A DNA stretch of 64,000 nt. It comes from Moniliella sp. 'wahieum' (Eukaryota). Position 1 is the first letter of the stretch; each line of letters starts with the position of its first letter. The translations under genes were made by a program, and so were the position numbers. This document shows positions 1-12,510 of the stretch, one piece after another. The stretch is from NCBI GenBank assembly GCA_003971905.1, contig RSEE01000112.1, positions 1 through 64,000 on the forward strand. Reading direction: 5' to 3'. Under the pieces are notes generated by a model. It did not search any database. It was given only the letters and a program-made list of their open reading frames with translations, and was not told where the DNA came from.

Positions 1-190
1 AACCCTAGGGGAGGGCCCGAGGGTAGTAGCGAGCTACCCGAAGGGGAGAGAGTTATGCCGAGGCGATAGCTCGCTATAAAATCGTCCGCTCTATGCAGCA
101 TATGCCCTCCGTTTCTCGATTGGACACCCGTTGACAAGTTACACCCCCCATCCCTAACCCTACCCAAACCCGACCCACAACACCCACCCT
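1..190 (+). repeat. Terminal module A: telomere-like start (AACCCT), inverted repeats and degenerate CCCTAA tract
   Basis: Window starts AACCCT. TAGCGAGCTA (27-36) and TAGCTCGCTA (67-76) form an inverted pair. CCCTAACCCTACCCAAACCC lies at about 152-171. Positions 61-189 align to 14527-14650. Confidence 0.75.
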
Positions 191-404
191 CCGATGGATG
201 TGATCATCTATCCAAGTGCATGCATGAAGCGCTTGACAAAGTGGGACAGTCGTTGTTAGGTTCGCCTCAAAGACCCACGACGGTCGTCGTCATTGTACGC
301 TTCAACATCTATGGCAGGTGTCGGATGCTTCTGGGGTGCATGTACTAGAGTTTGAATGATGGTATGCATTGCTATGTTCCTATACATGCTGGATGTTCAA
401 GACG

Positions 405-810
405 GGGAGCAGAGGCGTGGAGATGGGGAGCAGAGGCTTGATGGGGAGGCGCAGGGTTGGTGGCGAGCACAGGCTTGGGGGTGGAGAGCGTGGGGGGGGG
501 GCGCATGCTTGGAGGTGATGAGCACAGGTTGGTGGCGAGCACAAGCTTGGGGATGACCAGCACAGGCTTGGTGCCGAGCACAGGCTTGAAGATGGGGAGC
601 ACAGGCTTGGGGATGAGAAGCACAGGCTTGGTGGCGAGCACAATTTTGGCGATGACGAGCACAGGCTTGGAGACGATGAGCACAGACTTGGAGATGATGA
701 GCACCGGCTTGGTGGCGAGCACACGCTTGGGGAGAGAGCGCAGGCTTGGACATGATGAGCACAAGGTTGATGGCGAGCGCAAGCTTGGACGCAACAGAAA
801 GAGCACGACG
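405..810 (+). repeat. Subtelomeric minisatellite, 18-21 bp units with core GAGCACAGGCTTGG
   Basis: Many tandem degenerate copies of gagcac(a)ggcttgg followed by ggatga or tggc. Confidence 0.9.
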
Positions 811-1041
811 TGAACTGGCCCATGGGCTACTCGAGTTTGAGCATGGCCCCGACGAGCGTTGGGATGGAGGCAATGACGAGGGAGAACGGAAGGATGAGAG
901 GAAGAACGCTGGTACAAGAGCGGGTCAGATTGAGGCAGGGTGACATGGGATGGAATGGAGTGGGATGGGATGGGATGCGTACCGATGCGCTGAACGACGT
1001 TGCACATGGCCCAGACGGCGGTTGGGATGAGCATCTCAAGC

Positions 1042-1995
1042 AGGGTGACAGCAGGGGCAGCCAAGCGAGTGCACATCGGCCGGCAAAGGTTCGGAAGGGG
1101 ACGGCATGGCAAGCTGCACGGTCTGCTGGGACGGGGGCGAGGCAAGTCGGTACATGGCCGAAACGAGCTTCCACATGGCCAAGCCAAGCGCCCAGACAGC
1201 CAACGCAAGCGCGGCAGCGGTGGCAGCAGGCGAGGCATGCACAACGCCATGCACCATCCCATGCTTCCGCTTGCCTGACCCGACGGTGGCGATGGGCGAA
1301 TGAATGGAGATGGTGGCCGAGTCAATGGCGGAGATGGCCTGGGCGGGTGGGAGGTAGGAGCGCGGCGCTGGGACGGGTCGGGAGGCAGGGGACGTGGGAA
1401 AGAGCGCCGGGGTGGCGGGCAGTACCTGCAGAGACCCAGAAGCTGGACAGAAGACACAGAGGCGAGAGGGTCAGTAGAGGGCCGGTGTGTGGCAGATGAG
1501 GCGCGGGAGGCACCGAATGGGGGAAAGGAGGCTCAAAACGAGGGGTGTGAAACGAGGCAACAGACCTTGGGGGGCGGGCAAAGCCAGCCGGGTTGGGGGG
1601 GGGGCGTGGTAAGAAACCAACCGCATCGGTCGCCAGGCCAGGTCATACACCCGCCCCTGCCTGAACCAGTTAAAATCTGAATTGCACCGATGCATGGGGG
1701 GCTGTGCGCCGTCACATTGGCTCGGCCGCCACCGATTAGACCTACGCGCTACCACCACCTACTCGTCCAGCGCCACACGCCCGTTCTCCATCATTGTGCG
1801 ATGCCTTCCCCTGCCCCTGTGCGCGGCTGAAAGAGGACGCCTGGGGCACGATACGCCACCATTCATTCTCATACCCACCCAGAATTGGTGGTGCACCGAC
1901 GCTGTTTGTTCGAACCGTGCGCCGTCCCGACCCAACCTGAGCCTTTTGTAAGTGGTCTGACCTCAATTCTGGACCCATCCAAAAGCGTATCGTCT
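1042..1995 (+). repeat. Module B, copy 1 (about 0.95 kb direct repeat left of the recombinase-helicase gene)
   Basis: Begins AGGGTGACAGCAGG and aligns to 11528-12510. The core is near-identical (e.g. gggtggcgggcagtacctgcagagacccagaagctggacagaagacacagaggcgagagggtcagtag). Confidence 0.9.
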
Positions 1996-2299
1996 GTCCT
2001 GCAACGCCTGGTTCCCGTTCATGAACAAAGTGTATCCAATTGCCCATCTGGCGACAATCGGGGCTGCTGCTGGCTCTGTCAACAGCGACAAGTAACGCTA
2101 TGACGGGCATCGCTCCCCGAAATCTCTTCTGTTCCATCTCCCTCCCGCGTACTCTATAGATAAAACCCTCGGTTGTGTGTTTGTGGGTAGCCTAGCGACC
2201 GGGATGATTTGCATTGTGAACAGACTCGATCCTCCGTTTTGGAACTCTGACCGGCTCATCCCGCCATGTGTGCTTTCTGTTCAAAGCACTGTGATCTTC

Positions 2300-5200
2300 T
2301 CAGTCCGACGAGATGGAGATCGTGTCGGGGGACTGGTGTCTGAAGTCGCTCCAATAATCGTCACTGTTGAAGCGGCTGTCGGGCGGACTGGTGATGCTGT
2401 AGGTGTCACTTGTTTCCAGAGAATCACACTTGTACTGGAATTGCTGCTCCATGAAGTACAGGAAGCCGGCAACGAAGAGCGAATGTTTGGCAACCCTCTG
2501 ATCCCCAAACACCAAGGGCACCACCAACTCATTCCAAGCCCACTGTGTACGGTCACAGCTCTGCCCGGTTTTCAGCTTGAGCTCACAGGGAAACGGTACC
2601 GATAGCGGCCTGAGGTGGTCACGCACCCGCGCCCAAATGATCAAGAAGTCTGGCCGCGACAAAGTGGACAGCGCCGCCAGCACGAGAGGAATCAATCGTA
2701 TGCACCTCGAGTCCGAGGCCATTGCTTGATCGCAGGCGGTTTTGGGGGCTGTGCCTTGCGGTGCCCCTGCCCCCCTGCAAACCTGAACCTTGCTCAATTC
2801 CCCCTGCAACATCGGAACGCGCAAAGGCCAAAAGCAGCCATAACAAGTTCCATGCTTCGGGGCACGGAGGTGGCGCCAAGCGATGCTGGCCTGTTCTTCC
2901 AATGAGGCAATCCGGGGGCAATTCCCAATCGTGTGGCGCAACCAATCCGTACCTCCCGAACCAAAGTCTCGCGCGAAACAGAGTGGGCAGCACGCAGAGT
3001 CGATCGTGTCTTCCGGGCGCACGACCATTTCATACTGGGTAACCAGACGACCAAGTTCGGGAGGGAGTGACCTTGCACATTTGCTTTTGACCCCCGGGGA
3101 TCGGCACACGTGTTGTTGACAGGGGCTCTTTGGTGCGCGAACTCTTTGTACCTCCTCAGCATCCCGAGTCATCCGTGTCTGCCGGCCAACGGCCTTTTGC
3201 CCATCACGAGGCAAAAGGGGCAGTTTCGACGGGCCTGAAATGTCTACCCCAGCGCGCCCGTTGCGAACCGGGGAAAGGGAAGCGCCTCCCGGCAAACGGG
3301 AACGGTTCTGTCGAACGGTTCTCGGTGGCTGCTTTTGCTGTTGCTGCTCGTGCGTTGTACGCCTGCGCTTCACTCCCTCGTCATGGCCCGAAGAAGTGGT
3401 GGATGGGCGAGCGCGTTTCAACCGCTCGTGCTCCTTGTGCTGCGGCCTTGGCTGCTCGGGAGAGGGAACAACCGGAAGCGCAGAGGCACTGATGAATGAT
3501 GTGCTTGCTGAACTGGGGCGTGTGGTTGCCGCCCTCGCCGAGGTACTGTCCAGAGGCCGTGGCAGTGGGGTAGTAAAACTCGCATCCCCAACAAAGCAGC
3601 ACGGGCGTTGCAGTCTGCATGCAGTACAAACCTTGCGCCCTCCACATTCTCACACCGAATCGCCTTGCCGTAGAGGCAGATGTGCACAGCCTCCATCAGG
3701 CAAGATGCGTTTTCAGCCAATGCGCCACAACCCCACGTACGTCCGACGCTCATCCGTGCTAGGCCGCTGAGCCTGGTACGCTACCTGGCTTTGGGAGGCA
3801 AGAATGATCATCTGACCTTGCTGCCTTGGGCCTCGCGCGGCCCGGCCGGCTGCTTGGATCAGATCCAGACCGGTAAAGGGAATGCCGACCCAGATCACCT
3901 TGTCACAGTCCGGCACATCCAAGGACACGGCCAGGGAACTGGTCCCTACCAGAACAACCTCGTCCCCGCGTACGAATTTGGCAAGGTCTTCTGCTCCCTC
4001 CTCTTCCTCGGCACCGTGGCTTTCGCCTTCGTCCAACGTGTCCGATGCAGGCCGGGGGGGGAGGTAGTGCTAAAAAGCAAAAAACAAAAGGCAAAGGGTG
4101 GGGGTTAGAAAACAACCTTAACGTCAAAAAGGGGGGTAACAGAAGACGTACGGGTACTCCCAAGCGCTTTGCAATGCTCCTCGTTTGCTGGCGCGAATTG
4201 GTGATCACGATCGCGCGGGGAGGGGCGGGTGGATGAGAAGGGCTGTTGAGCCATCCCTCCCGCGCCTTCAACCGCTGCGATAGGATCCTTACCAAAGTTT
4301 CCTCAACCCCGCCCTTGTCTGGCTTTTGGTACACATACTGCACCTCCGGGCGGGGGCAACATGGATTGTGATGCGAGAAGTGAAGCGTCCCTTCTGGCGA
4401 CAACATCCGCTCCAGCTCTTCGACGATCCCTCGCGGCGCAGTGGCAGACAGAGCCAGGAGGCGTGTATGAGGGAGAAGATTCGAAAGATAGCAAAGGTCC
4501 TCAAACTCGCGCCGAAAGTTGCGTTGCAAGGGAATGAGATGCGCCTCCTCCAGCACAATGCGCTCCAGACGACCGCGTTGGGCCAGCGCACGCAGCATGT
4601 CCACCAAGGGCTTGTGGGCGAGTTGACTGACTGTTGCGAGCACCACACGAGTGCCTGGCCGGAGCTGAGGAACCTGTGGGTAGCCACCCGCCAAAGTGCC
4701 CTGCCAGCACTCATACAGGATATTGTGCCGGGCCAAGCGTTGCTCAAAGTCGGCAATCATACTGTGCAACGGCACCACAATCAATTGTACCATCTCAGCC
4801 TCAGCAGTCATGGTCGGGATGAGCCACATGGCCGTCTTGCCTGCGCCCGTCGGCATACACACCATCGACGCCGCCCGAGGGGTTGGAATAAGATGTGGTG
4901 GAGACAAAGAAGTTGCGTATCGGTCAAACCGCAGGTGCCATACAGCCGCACGCCCAACTCGCGTACTTTGGCCAAACGCGTCCAGGGGGTTGCGGCAAGC
5001 AGGCGCGCAGGCGTTTCTGAGCGGAGGCTGGTTGGAAGCGCAGACAGGGAAAGTTGTAGCACATTTTCTTGCCAGTCCCGGCTTACGTGCTGCGCAATGG
5101 GAAGCATGGCCAATTCGAGGTACCCAATCTGGTGGGCGCTTCGACCGTAGGCCAAAGTAGTGGTGCTTGACGAATGGCCTGCCTGGGCGGCCTGACCATG

Positions 5201-8200
5201 CCATGTCACCGTGCGCTCCCAATCCATCGGTTGGTAGCCCGCGGGCCCACCCTGCTCACTGCCACCAGATCCACCCGAATTGGTTGTAGGGTCCGCGAAC
5301 CCCTGCGCCTGTTCCAGTAGGGCCCGCGTGCGTTGTCCTTTGGATAGGGCGGAACAATATTGGCGCCATGACCTCAAAGTCAAAACCGGAGCCACAAGCT
5401 CGTTGGGCCAGTTGGCACGCAGAGCACCGTTGAGGTGGTCCGTCGTCAGCTTGCCCGATTGCGCAGTGACAAAGAGCTGGGGTTGGCAAACTGGCACGGC
5501 ATCTGGGTTGCGTGCCAGCTTCCGACGCAGAATATCGGTAGCCGGACGAACGAGGAGCAGGTAGGCCTTGAGGACATGTGCGGTGGTAGGATCAGGAAAG
5601 CGGGCCGAGCGGAGGGCGGCTTCTGGGCTGCTGTACATGGACGTCTTGCTCCGCCGTAACACCACAAAGAGGTCGTTCCCGGCAATGTAGATGCTGCGCT
5701 CGCAGGATAGCTCATTGATGCAACGCACATCAAGCGTCTCTACGCCGCGTGCAGAGACCCCAGAGCAGACATGGATTGCCAAAGCCAGCTGAATGAGGAA
5801 CGCCTCTTCGAGGTGGAGGACAGACCGGCCCAGTACCAGCTGGTCGTCTTCGTCCATCCTTTCCGTTTCGACAATTTGCGCGAGAACAGAGAAAATGTCG
5901 TGACCTTGTACCAGCCGGCGGTTCTCAGGCTCGGTCGCAAAAGAGTAGTTCACGGCCTGGTTGTTGAGCGTGTCTTTCAGATGCTGATCGTGAAGGGAAT
6001 GCCTTCTGAAGACATGCCCATACTCTTGCTCGCGCCCAACGGTGAACAACTTGAGAAATGCACTCTCCAGTCGGGCAAGGACCGTACTTGCAAAAACATG
6101 CAGTTCGTGGTGCGGAACCACCATCCCATTCGGCCACGTGGTCTGGTGCGACTGGTAGAAAAACAAGCTGTCGCTCTTCAGCTCCGCGCGGGCCCGGCTG
6201 GCATACTGCAGCACGCGCGCAAATTGCCCAGCGATCCCAGCCGAGTCGGCCACAACATAGTTGCTCTGATAGTCGATCAGTTCCGCCCTGGCACGGATCG
6301 GGTCCCGCAAGGCGGGCTCGGTCAAGGAGCGCAAATGAAGCGAGGCAAAGGCCGACAACCGCAAGCACCACATTAACCCAGCCATGAACGGAGACACATG
6401 TCTAGGCGCCCTGAAAAGCAAGCAAGGCTGGCCATGGCGTGGCCCTTGGGCCGATAGGATTTCCACTCCTTCGTCTTTCCATTCCTCGTCCCCGTCGGCA
6501 TCCTCTTCTCCGTTCAGGCAGTCATCCAGGCCGGTATTCTCCTGCTCCTCCATAATAGTGCCAATACCTGGAAGGGATACAGGCATGTGTTGTTGATCTT
6601 GCCCCATCGCCAAAGGGTCTGTGGCAGGCCGATGCCAAATGCCAAGGCACTTGCTAAAGGCAAAGAGCCAGACCGGGCCAACATTCTCCAGCGCTGGCAT
6701 CCAGGGTTGCTTCACCACCACATCCAGCCAAATCCCAATCGCTTTAAAGGATGGTTCGTTCTCAAAGAATTGCGCAGCCCCTGCGGATCAGTAGGGAAAG
6801 TTTGGGAATCCCTACTTCTGAGAAGACCCCTAAGGAAATTCTTGAGCGGGTCCCGGACGGTTTCAAGCCCAGCCTCGCGCAATGCATTTGCAAATGCTTG
6901 CTCATGGCTTGCCAAAACCGTTGTGGCAAGAGCGGCAAGAGGGTGCTCTTCGGATGAACCAAGCGAGGAGCGAAAGGCGACCAGGACGCGGGTAAAAACA
7001 AGACAGTCTGCGAGATTGGATGTGTATTTCTTGAGTGTTGAAAAACGGACGTCCAACCCGTTCCTTAGTACCCTGGCATCTGGGCCAACGAGCCAGGGAG
7101 GGGCAGGAAATGCTGTACATTTTGGTACTTTCCAGCAATCCGATGGCCCACGATAGCAATATCGATGCAGCCTGTCGACGCTGCCTCCGCATGGGAGTAA
7201 GGTGGCTCACCTCAGCCAATTCCATCAAAGGAACACCTTCGAACAGCCGAGTAACGTGCCACATCCGGGGCCAAGAACCCATTATGTGCTCTTCATCCAC
7301 GACACGCGTCAAAGGATCAGCCCCTGGGATGTGCGGCTGCATAGTTGCCGGATCGGCTTCTTGGATCTCAAACAAACCCCTCAGAGGCCCTCGTCTGATC
7401 CGTCCAAGGTCGTTTGCCTGGCCAAGGCCCTGCTCACCCACATGGGCCGGACGGGGGGCAGCTGGAAGAGCCGGCCGAGTCTGGCCGGGACCCAGTGGAG
7501 CATCAACCTCATTCGGGGACACCTGAGCGGATTCCGATGCACCTACACCCGCACCACGACGCGCCCCGCGGCCGCTGCTTCCAGCCTCGACCGCGCGAAC
7601 GCGATTTTCAATGGGTTCGAGAGCATTCTGTTCCTCACCGTCCTCCGGCTGGTTGCTGATAACCGCATCGTTCCTAGGACTCGCAAAGTCAACCGTGGCG
7701 GGGGGGTTAGACAAACCCCGGATGCTACCATCGGCAGGCAAGATGGCACGCTTGATACCGTGTGCCAAATATTGCGTTGGCAATGGAAAGTTGACGTATC
7801 GATGGCCGAACGAACGTTGATGCTCTTCCTGCGTCTCGCGTGAACCCAAAAACCGCCCACACTTCCCGCACGCACTTTCGGGAGAGCGAACAGGCACCCT
7901 ATCCACAGGCTCCGTAAGAGGTAAAGGAAACATATCCTCCGAAGGTGTGCGTGGTTGCATGTTTGTGGGCATGGCACGCACGAGTTTGCGGGCCTCTTTG
8001 CCCCGCACCGAGGTAAGGATGGCGTGGCTTCCATTTTTTGCGGTCGTCGGGGCCCTGTGCAAATGGGATGGAGCAACATACGATTCACACGCTTTACAGA
8101 AGAGGAGGCGCAGGCGGTCACAATACACCAAGCCGACCTTTTCCAGGGCATGTTGCAGGTGGATCAAAGGGTTATTGTAATTGCTAGCAGCAAGGAACGA

Positions 8201-8967
8201 CTTGAGATCGAAGCAGTTTTGCGCATGGTTCCGAATCCTTTTGGGGTTACGGTGAGAGTAACTGCATCCAGGACACGGGTACCCTGGAAAAAGTGTCTGT
8301 AAGTTAGCACCGAGAGGAGGACGAAGAGGGAGGGGGGGGGGGGGGGGGCAGGCACGTACCACCGCGCTCCTTTAAATCGATGATAAGATCGATTGGGTCT
8401 AGCCGCTCAGACAGGATTATCGTCACCTGAATCTGATTTGAGCCATCCCGGGGAACTTTTGGCTTGGATCCCAAGAGAACTTCTTGGATCCACCAGGCGA
8501 GCTAGGGGGACCAAGTATGGGCATCCTGACCCGGGGCCGGAACGGGAGCTAAGCCAGGCGGGGGAGACAGCGGGCCCGAAAGTAGGAGGCTGAGCACGAG
8601 CAGCCTGAGCCGGGGAGGCATCAGGGACGGCCGGGGGGGGACCTACCGGACCAGGCGGAGCAGCCTCAGCAGGGGCAGGATGAGCGAGGCCCGGCGGGGG
8701 AGACTGCGAACCAGCCCGAGCAGCCTGAGAATTGGCGGCAGGAGCGAGGCCCGGCGGGGGAGACTGCGAACCAGCCCGAGCAGCCTGAGCGTAGGTGGCA
8801 GGAGCGAGGCTCGGCGGGGGAGACTGCGAACCAGCCCGAGCGGGCTGAGCAGACGGCGGAGTAGCGGCCGGACGGGCAGGAGGCGTCGAAGGCATCGGGG
8901 ACGGGGCGCGTGGTGAATGGGCAGGATTGCCGCGGGGATTGTGGGCGGGGATGGGAGAAGTGGACAT
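2300..8967 (-). CDS. Telomere-linked RecQ-like helicase fused to a tyrosine-recombinase domain, with Cys/His zinc-binding regions (frameshifted in this assembly)
   Basis: N-terminal C2H2-like and DUF3505-like segments (LFCKACESYVAPSHL; CGKC...H...H). YR motifs SGVSARGVE, RSKT, LTLRSWRQ, QAGHSSSTTTLAYG. SF2 motifs MPTGAGKT, LEEAH, LSAT, GTSSLAVSLD, QAAGRAAR. C-terminal CPLC...H...C and CYGC. GT-AG introns with CTAAC branch at 8297-8359 and 4070-4151. The start at 8967 is inferred. Confidence 0.85.
8680..8850 (-). repeat. 60-bp tandem repeat x3 (codes AARAGSQSPPP.LA in the putative first exon)
   Basis: gagcgagg(c/t)..ggcgggggagactgcgaaccagcccgagc recurs at 8682, 8742 and 8802. Confidence 0.9.
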
Positions 8968-10738
8968 GGTGGGATGCGGTTGGGCGTGAAGCACAGTGCG
9001 ATGGGGGGGGGGGCGGGGGAAGGGGGGGGGGGGGGAAGGGGGGGGGAAGGGGGGGGGGGGACAGGGCAAGGATGCGTGGGTTAAAGAGTGGGCTTGCTGG
9101 CTGGGGCAGACCCCCAGGCCAGCTGGCGCCCATGCCGGCTGGTGCGTCCCCCCTGCGGGAAGGTGCCGGGCAGCGGCGAGGCTCAGGTGCGGTCCCGGGC
9201 AGCCAGCGGCGAGGCTCAGGTGCGGCGCCCACGCCGCCAGCAGGCCGAGCGCATGCCAGGGACGATGGTGGTCAGGCAGACCAACAGGCACGAGCGGCAC
9301 CGCTGCGCACGGCCCCCGGCACATGGCACCCATCACCCATCACCAACCCACACGCTCACCGCTCGCCTCACCGCTCCCTCGGCGCGGTGGATGATTTCTT
9401 TCCGCCGGCCTGCCGCGGTGCGCTTGGCCTGTATCCTGGCGCCCCTTGTCTGCTGTTGACCACCACCGTCGTTACCCCCTGCACCCATCGCCCCGCCTGG
9501 CCCGCCCAGGAACGCACCCACCGTCGTTGCCGATCCCCAACTGAGCGCCTGGCCCAGGCACCACCCAGCCCAGACTCGGCACTGGCCACGGTGCCAGCAG
9601 CGTTCGAGGGCCCGCTATGTTTCCGCAACGAAAGCTCACCGCAGTGTGCCCTGCTCTGATGTGGAACATGGGTCGGATCCACACACTGCATCCCCCAACA
9701 CATCTTTCACGCCCGTGTGGTGGCAGCACACCTTCCTGGTCTGACACAGATCGTTATGCAGGTAAAACCTGGGACGGCTCGGCGCATCAGGGTTCCAGCT
9801 CCTGGCTCTGCCCTGCCAGCGACTGCAAACACAAACCAAGACCGCTGAGCGCCCTCGAGCAAATCCACACCTCAGTCGTGTTCACATCCTACCCCAGCTC
9901 GAGCCAGCCCGAGTCCGCTGGTCAGGCCCGGACCAGAATCAGACACGGTTCAGGCGCCAGTCTGATGATCCATGACCCCACCCAGGTCGAACCAACCCCC
10001 TGCCCCCCACCCGTAATCCTGCCCTCCCCTCTTCTGCCATCCACAATGGGGTCTCGTACGTAGATCCAATGACCATCTCCGTTGTTGCCCTGATCGCCGT
10101 GTCCACCCGAGCCACAACATAAACAAGTCGCATGTTCCAGCCTAGTGGCACGGCGCACACCCTGGCGACACCATCGAGCTGGGCCATAAATCAAACCCGG
10201 CAGCACCTGACCCAACGGCCAGCGCGACACCCAATGAGAGTCAGAAGGAGAGAATCACAGACGAAAGATTGGCGGATGCAGTGGCTGACGCCCTCGCCGC
10301 TCCAGGGGAAGAACCAGGCACGGGGGATAAACAGCACGCTGGCTCATCAGGTGGTGGAGAGAAACAAAGATGAGCGGCTTTCGCTACCCGTGGGACCCAA
10401 AGCACCCCCCCCCCGCAAACACAGGCCTAACGGCAAGGTGGAAGAGACAGACTAGCCTCTGCAAAGGCCATAGCAGATGGCGCATGTCGAACGCCTTGAC
10501 ACCGGAGGAGGACGAAAAAACAAGTGCTGGAGCAAAGACAAGTATCCGGGTGGAGGCGGTAAGAAACAGGATGCGACGCAAATTGACACAGAACGCAAGC
10601 ATAGTATCGAGACAGGGACCGTGGCTGCCGCCATGAGTTGCCACTATGACACTAGTGATTGCATTGGCCAGGAACGGGCCTACTGTCGTTGCCGATCCCC
10701 AACTGGGCGCTCGCCCAGGCACCACCCAGGCAAGAGTC

Positions 10739-11527
10739 GGGACTGGACACGGCGCAAGCAGCGTTGGAGGGCCGGCTATATTTGCTCAGGGCAAGCTCAG
10801 CGCACTGGTGTGCACTGTCCTGATCTGCAGCATGCATCGAAACACAGTTGGCATTTGCACCCCCAGGCCCACCCGGCAGTACAGCAGGGCCGCACTTTTG
10901 CAGTGAATCCCAACCGAGCTGGACGAAGGCCTCACCGGTAACGCACGTGGATGCGGTCGCCTGTCGGGCGTACCATCGTCACCAAACCGCGGCGTCCACA
11001 GCGCGTCGCATGTCACACACCCATTGTAACCCACCTCACACGTACATGCAATGCCCCATCCCGGTCATGCCACCGCGGTTGCACTCTGGCTCCCCCCCGC
11101 ACGGAACATTCCCGCCCGGACCCTGTCACATCCGTTGCCGCATGCGGCGTTAGCGTGTGTCATGTCACATGGCACAGCGGTGGCGAGCGGCACATGCGGG
11201 TACTTAGTAAGTAGCCCCCATGCCGATCCTTTCGAGCTGGCACCCCAGGACACTGGCCCCGCACCAAACTGTCAGAGGTCACCAACCGTCAGGCACCTCC
11301 TTCGCCCTCCGCACGTTTCAGACGGGCCAGCGTCGTAAACTGCATTCCAGCACACAGGCCCCGCGCCCAAACTGTCAGAGGTCACCATCTGTCAGGCGCC
11401 ACATTTTCGCACTTACACACTGTGGTGCCTGACATTTTGCAACTCTGCAATTCTGAGACGAAAAACGTCATTTTCATAGAGAAAATCGACGGAGTTATGC
11501 AGTCCTTCACGTGAATATCTGATGACT
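10739..11527 (+). repeat. Module C, copy 1 (palindrome-rich putative element terminus)
   Basis: Aligns to 13502-14526 and ends ...GGAGTTATGCAGTCCTTCACGTGAATATCTGATGACT. Confidence 0.9.
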
Positions 11528-12510
11528 AGGGTGACAGCAGGTTCGCCAAGCGAGTGCACATGGGCCGGCAGAGCGTCCAAACGGGACGGCATGGCACGCT
11601 GCACGGTATGCGTTGGCATGGCCGAGCCTGAAACGAAGATGGCCAAGACGAGGACCGGATGGCCAAGCCAAGCGTCCAGACAACCAATCAAGCGCTGCAT
11701 GGTGGGGGCAGGCGAGGCTGTGACCATGGACGGCAGCAGGCATGCACCATCCCCTGCACCATCCATGCTTCCGCTTGCCGACCCGACGGTGGCGATGGCC
11801 GAATGAAGATGGTGGTGGCCGAATGAATGGCGGCGGTGGCCGAAGTCAATGGCGGGGATGGCCTGGGGGGGGTGGGAGGCAGGAGCGCGGCGCTGGGACG
11901 GGTCGGGGGGCAGGGGGACGTGGGAAAGAGCCCCGGGGGTGGCGGGCAGTACCTGCAGAGACCCAGAAGCTGGACAGAAGACACAGAGGCGAGAGGGTCA
12001 GTAGGGGGGTGTGTGGCAGATGAGGCGCGGGAGGAGGCACCGAATGGGGGAAAGGAGGCTCAGAACGAGGGGCTAAACGAGGCAACAGACCTTGGGGGGC
12101 GGCAAAGCCAGCCGGGTTGGGGGGGGGCGTGGTAAGAAACCAACCAGATCCGTCGCCTGGCCCGTGCATTCAGCCGCGGGCTGAAAATATTAACATTTGC
12201 AATTGCACCGATGCACGCGCAGCCTGCGCGGTCAGATTGGCTCGGCCGCCACCAAATCGACCAAGCCGCCACCACCACCAACGCACCACGCCACACGCCC
12301 GTTCTCCATCGCGGTGCATCGTCTTGCGCCCCACGCGTGCGCGTCTGAAAGAGACTACCTGGGGCACGCTACGCCACAATCGTGCTCTGAGTCCCAAATT
12401 GGTGGGGCACCGACGTTGTTTGTTGGGACCGTGCGCCGTCTGGACCGCACCTGAGGTAATTGGATGTGGTGTAACCTCAATCCTGGACCAATCCAAAAAG
12501 CGCATCATCA
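11528..12510 (+). repeat. Module B, copy 2
   Basis: Direct repeat of 1042-1995. Confidence 0.9.

Noticed and set aside
372..1457. 361-aa ORF with KPVL repeats, and other ORFs over microsatellites and rDNA
   Set aside because: They are translations of tandem repeats or rRNA with no recognisable domains, and long spurious ORFs are expected at this GC content
9003..9060. Long G-run tract (G-quadruplex potential) upstream of the helicase gene
   Set aside because: Similar C-rich sense-strand leaders precede several ordinary genes in this window, so it is not specific
11505..11535. Helitron-type CTAG/TC junction with a nearby palindrome
   Set aside because: The helicase is SF2/RecQ rather than PIF1, no HUH Rep motif is seen, and there is no A|T target context
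1042..12510. LTR or DIRS retrotransposon
   Set aside because: No gag, RT or RNase H motifs, no TG...CA ends and no primer-binding site
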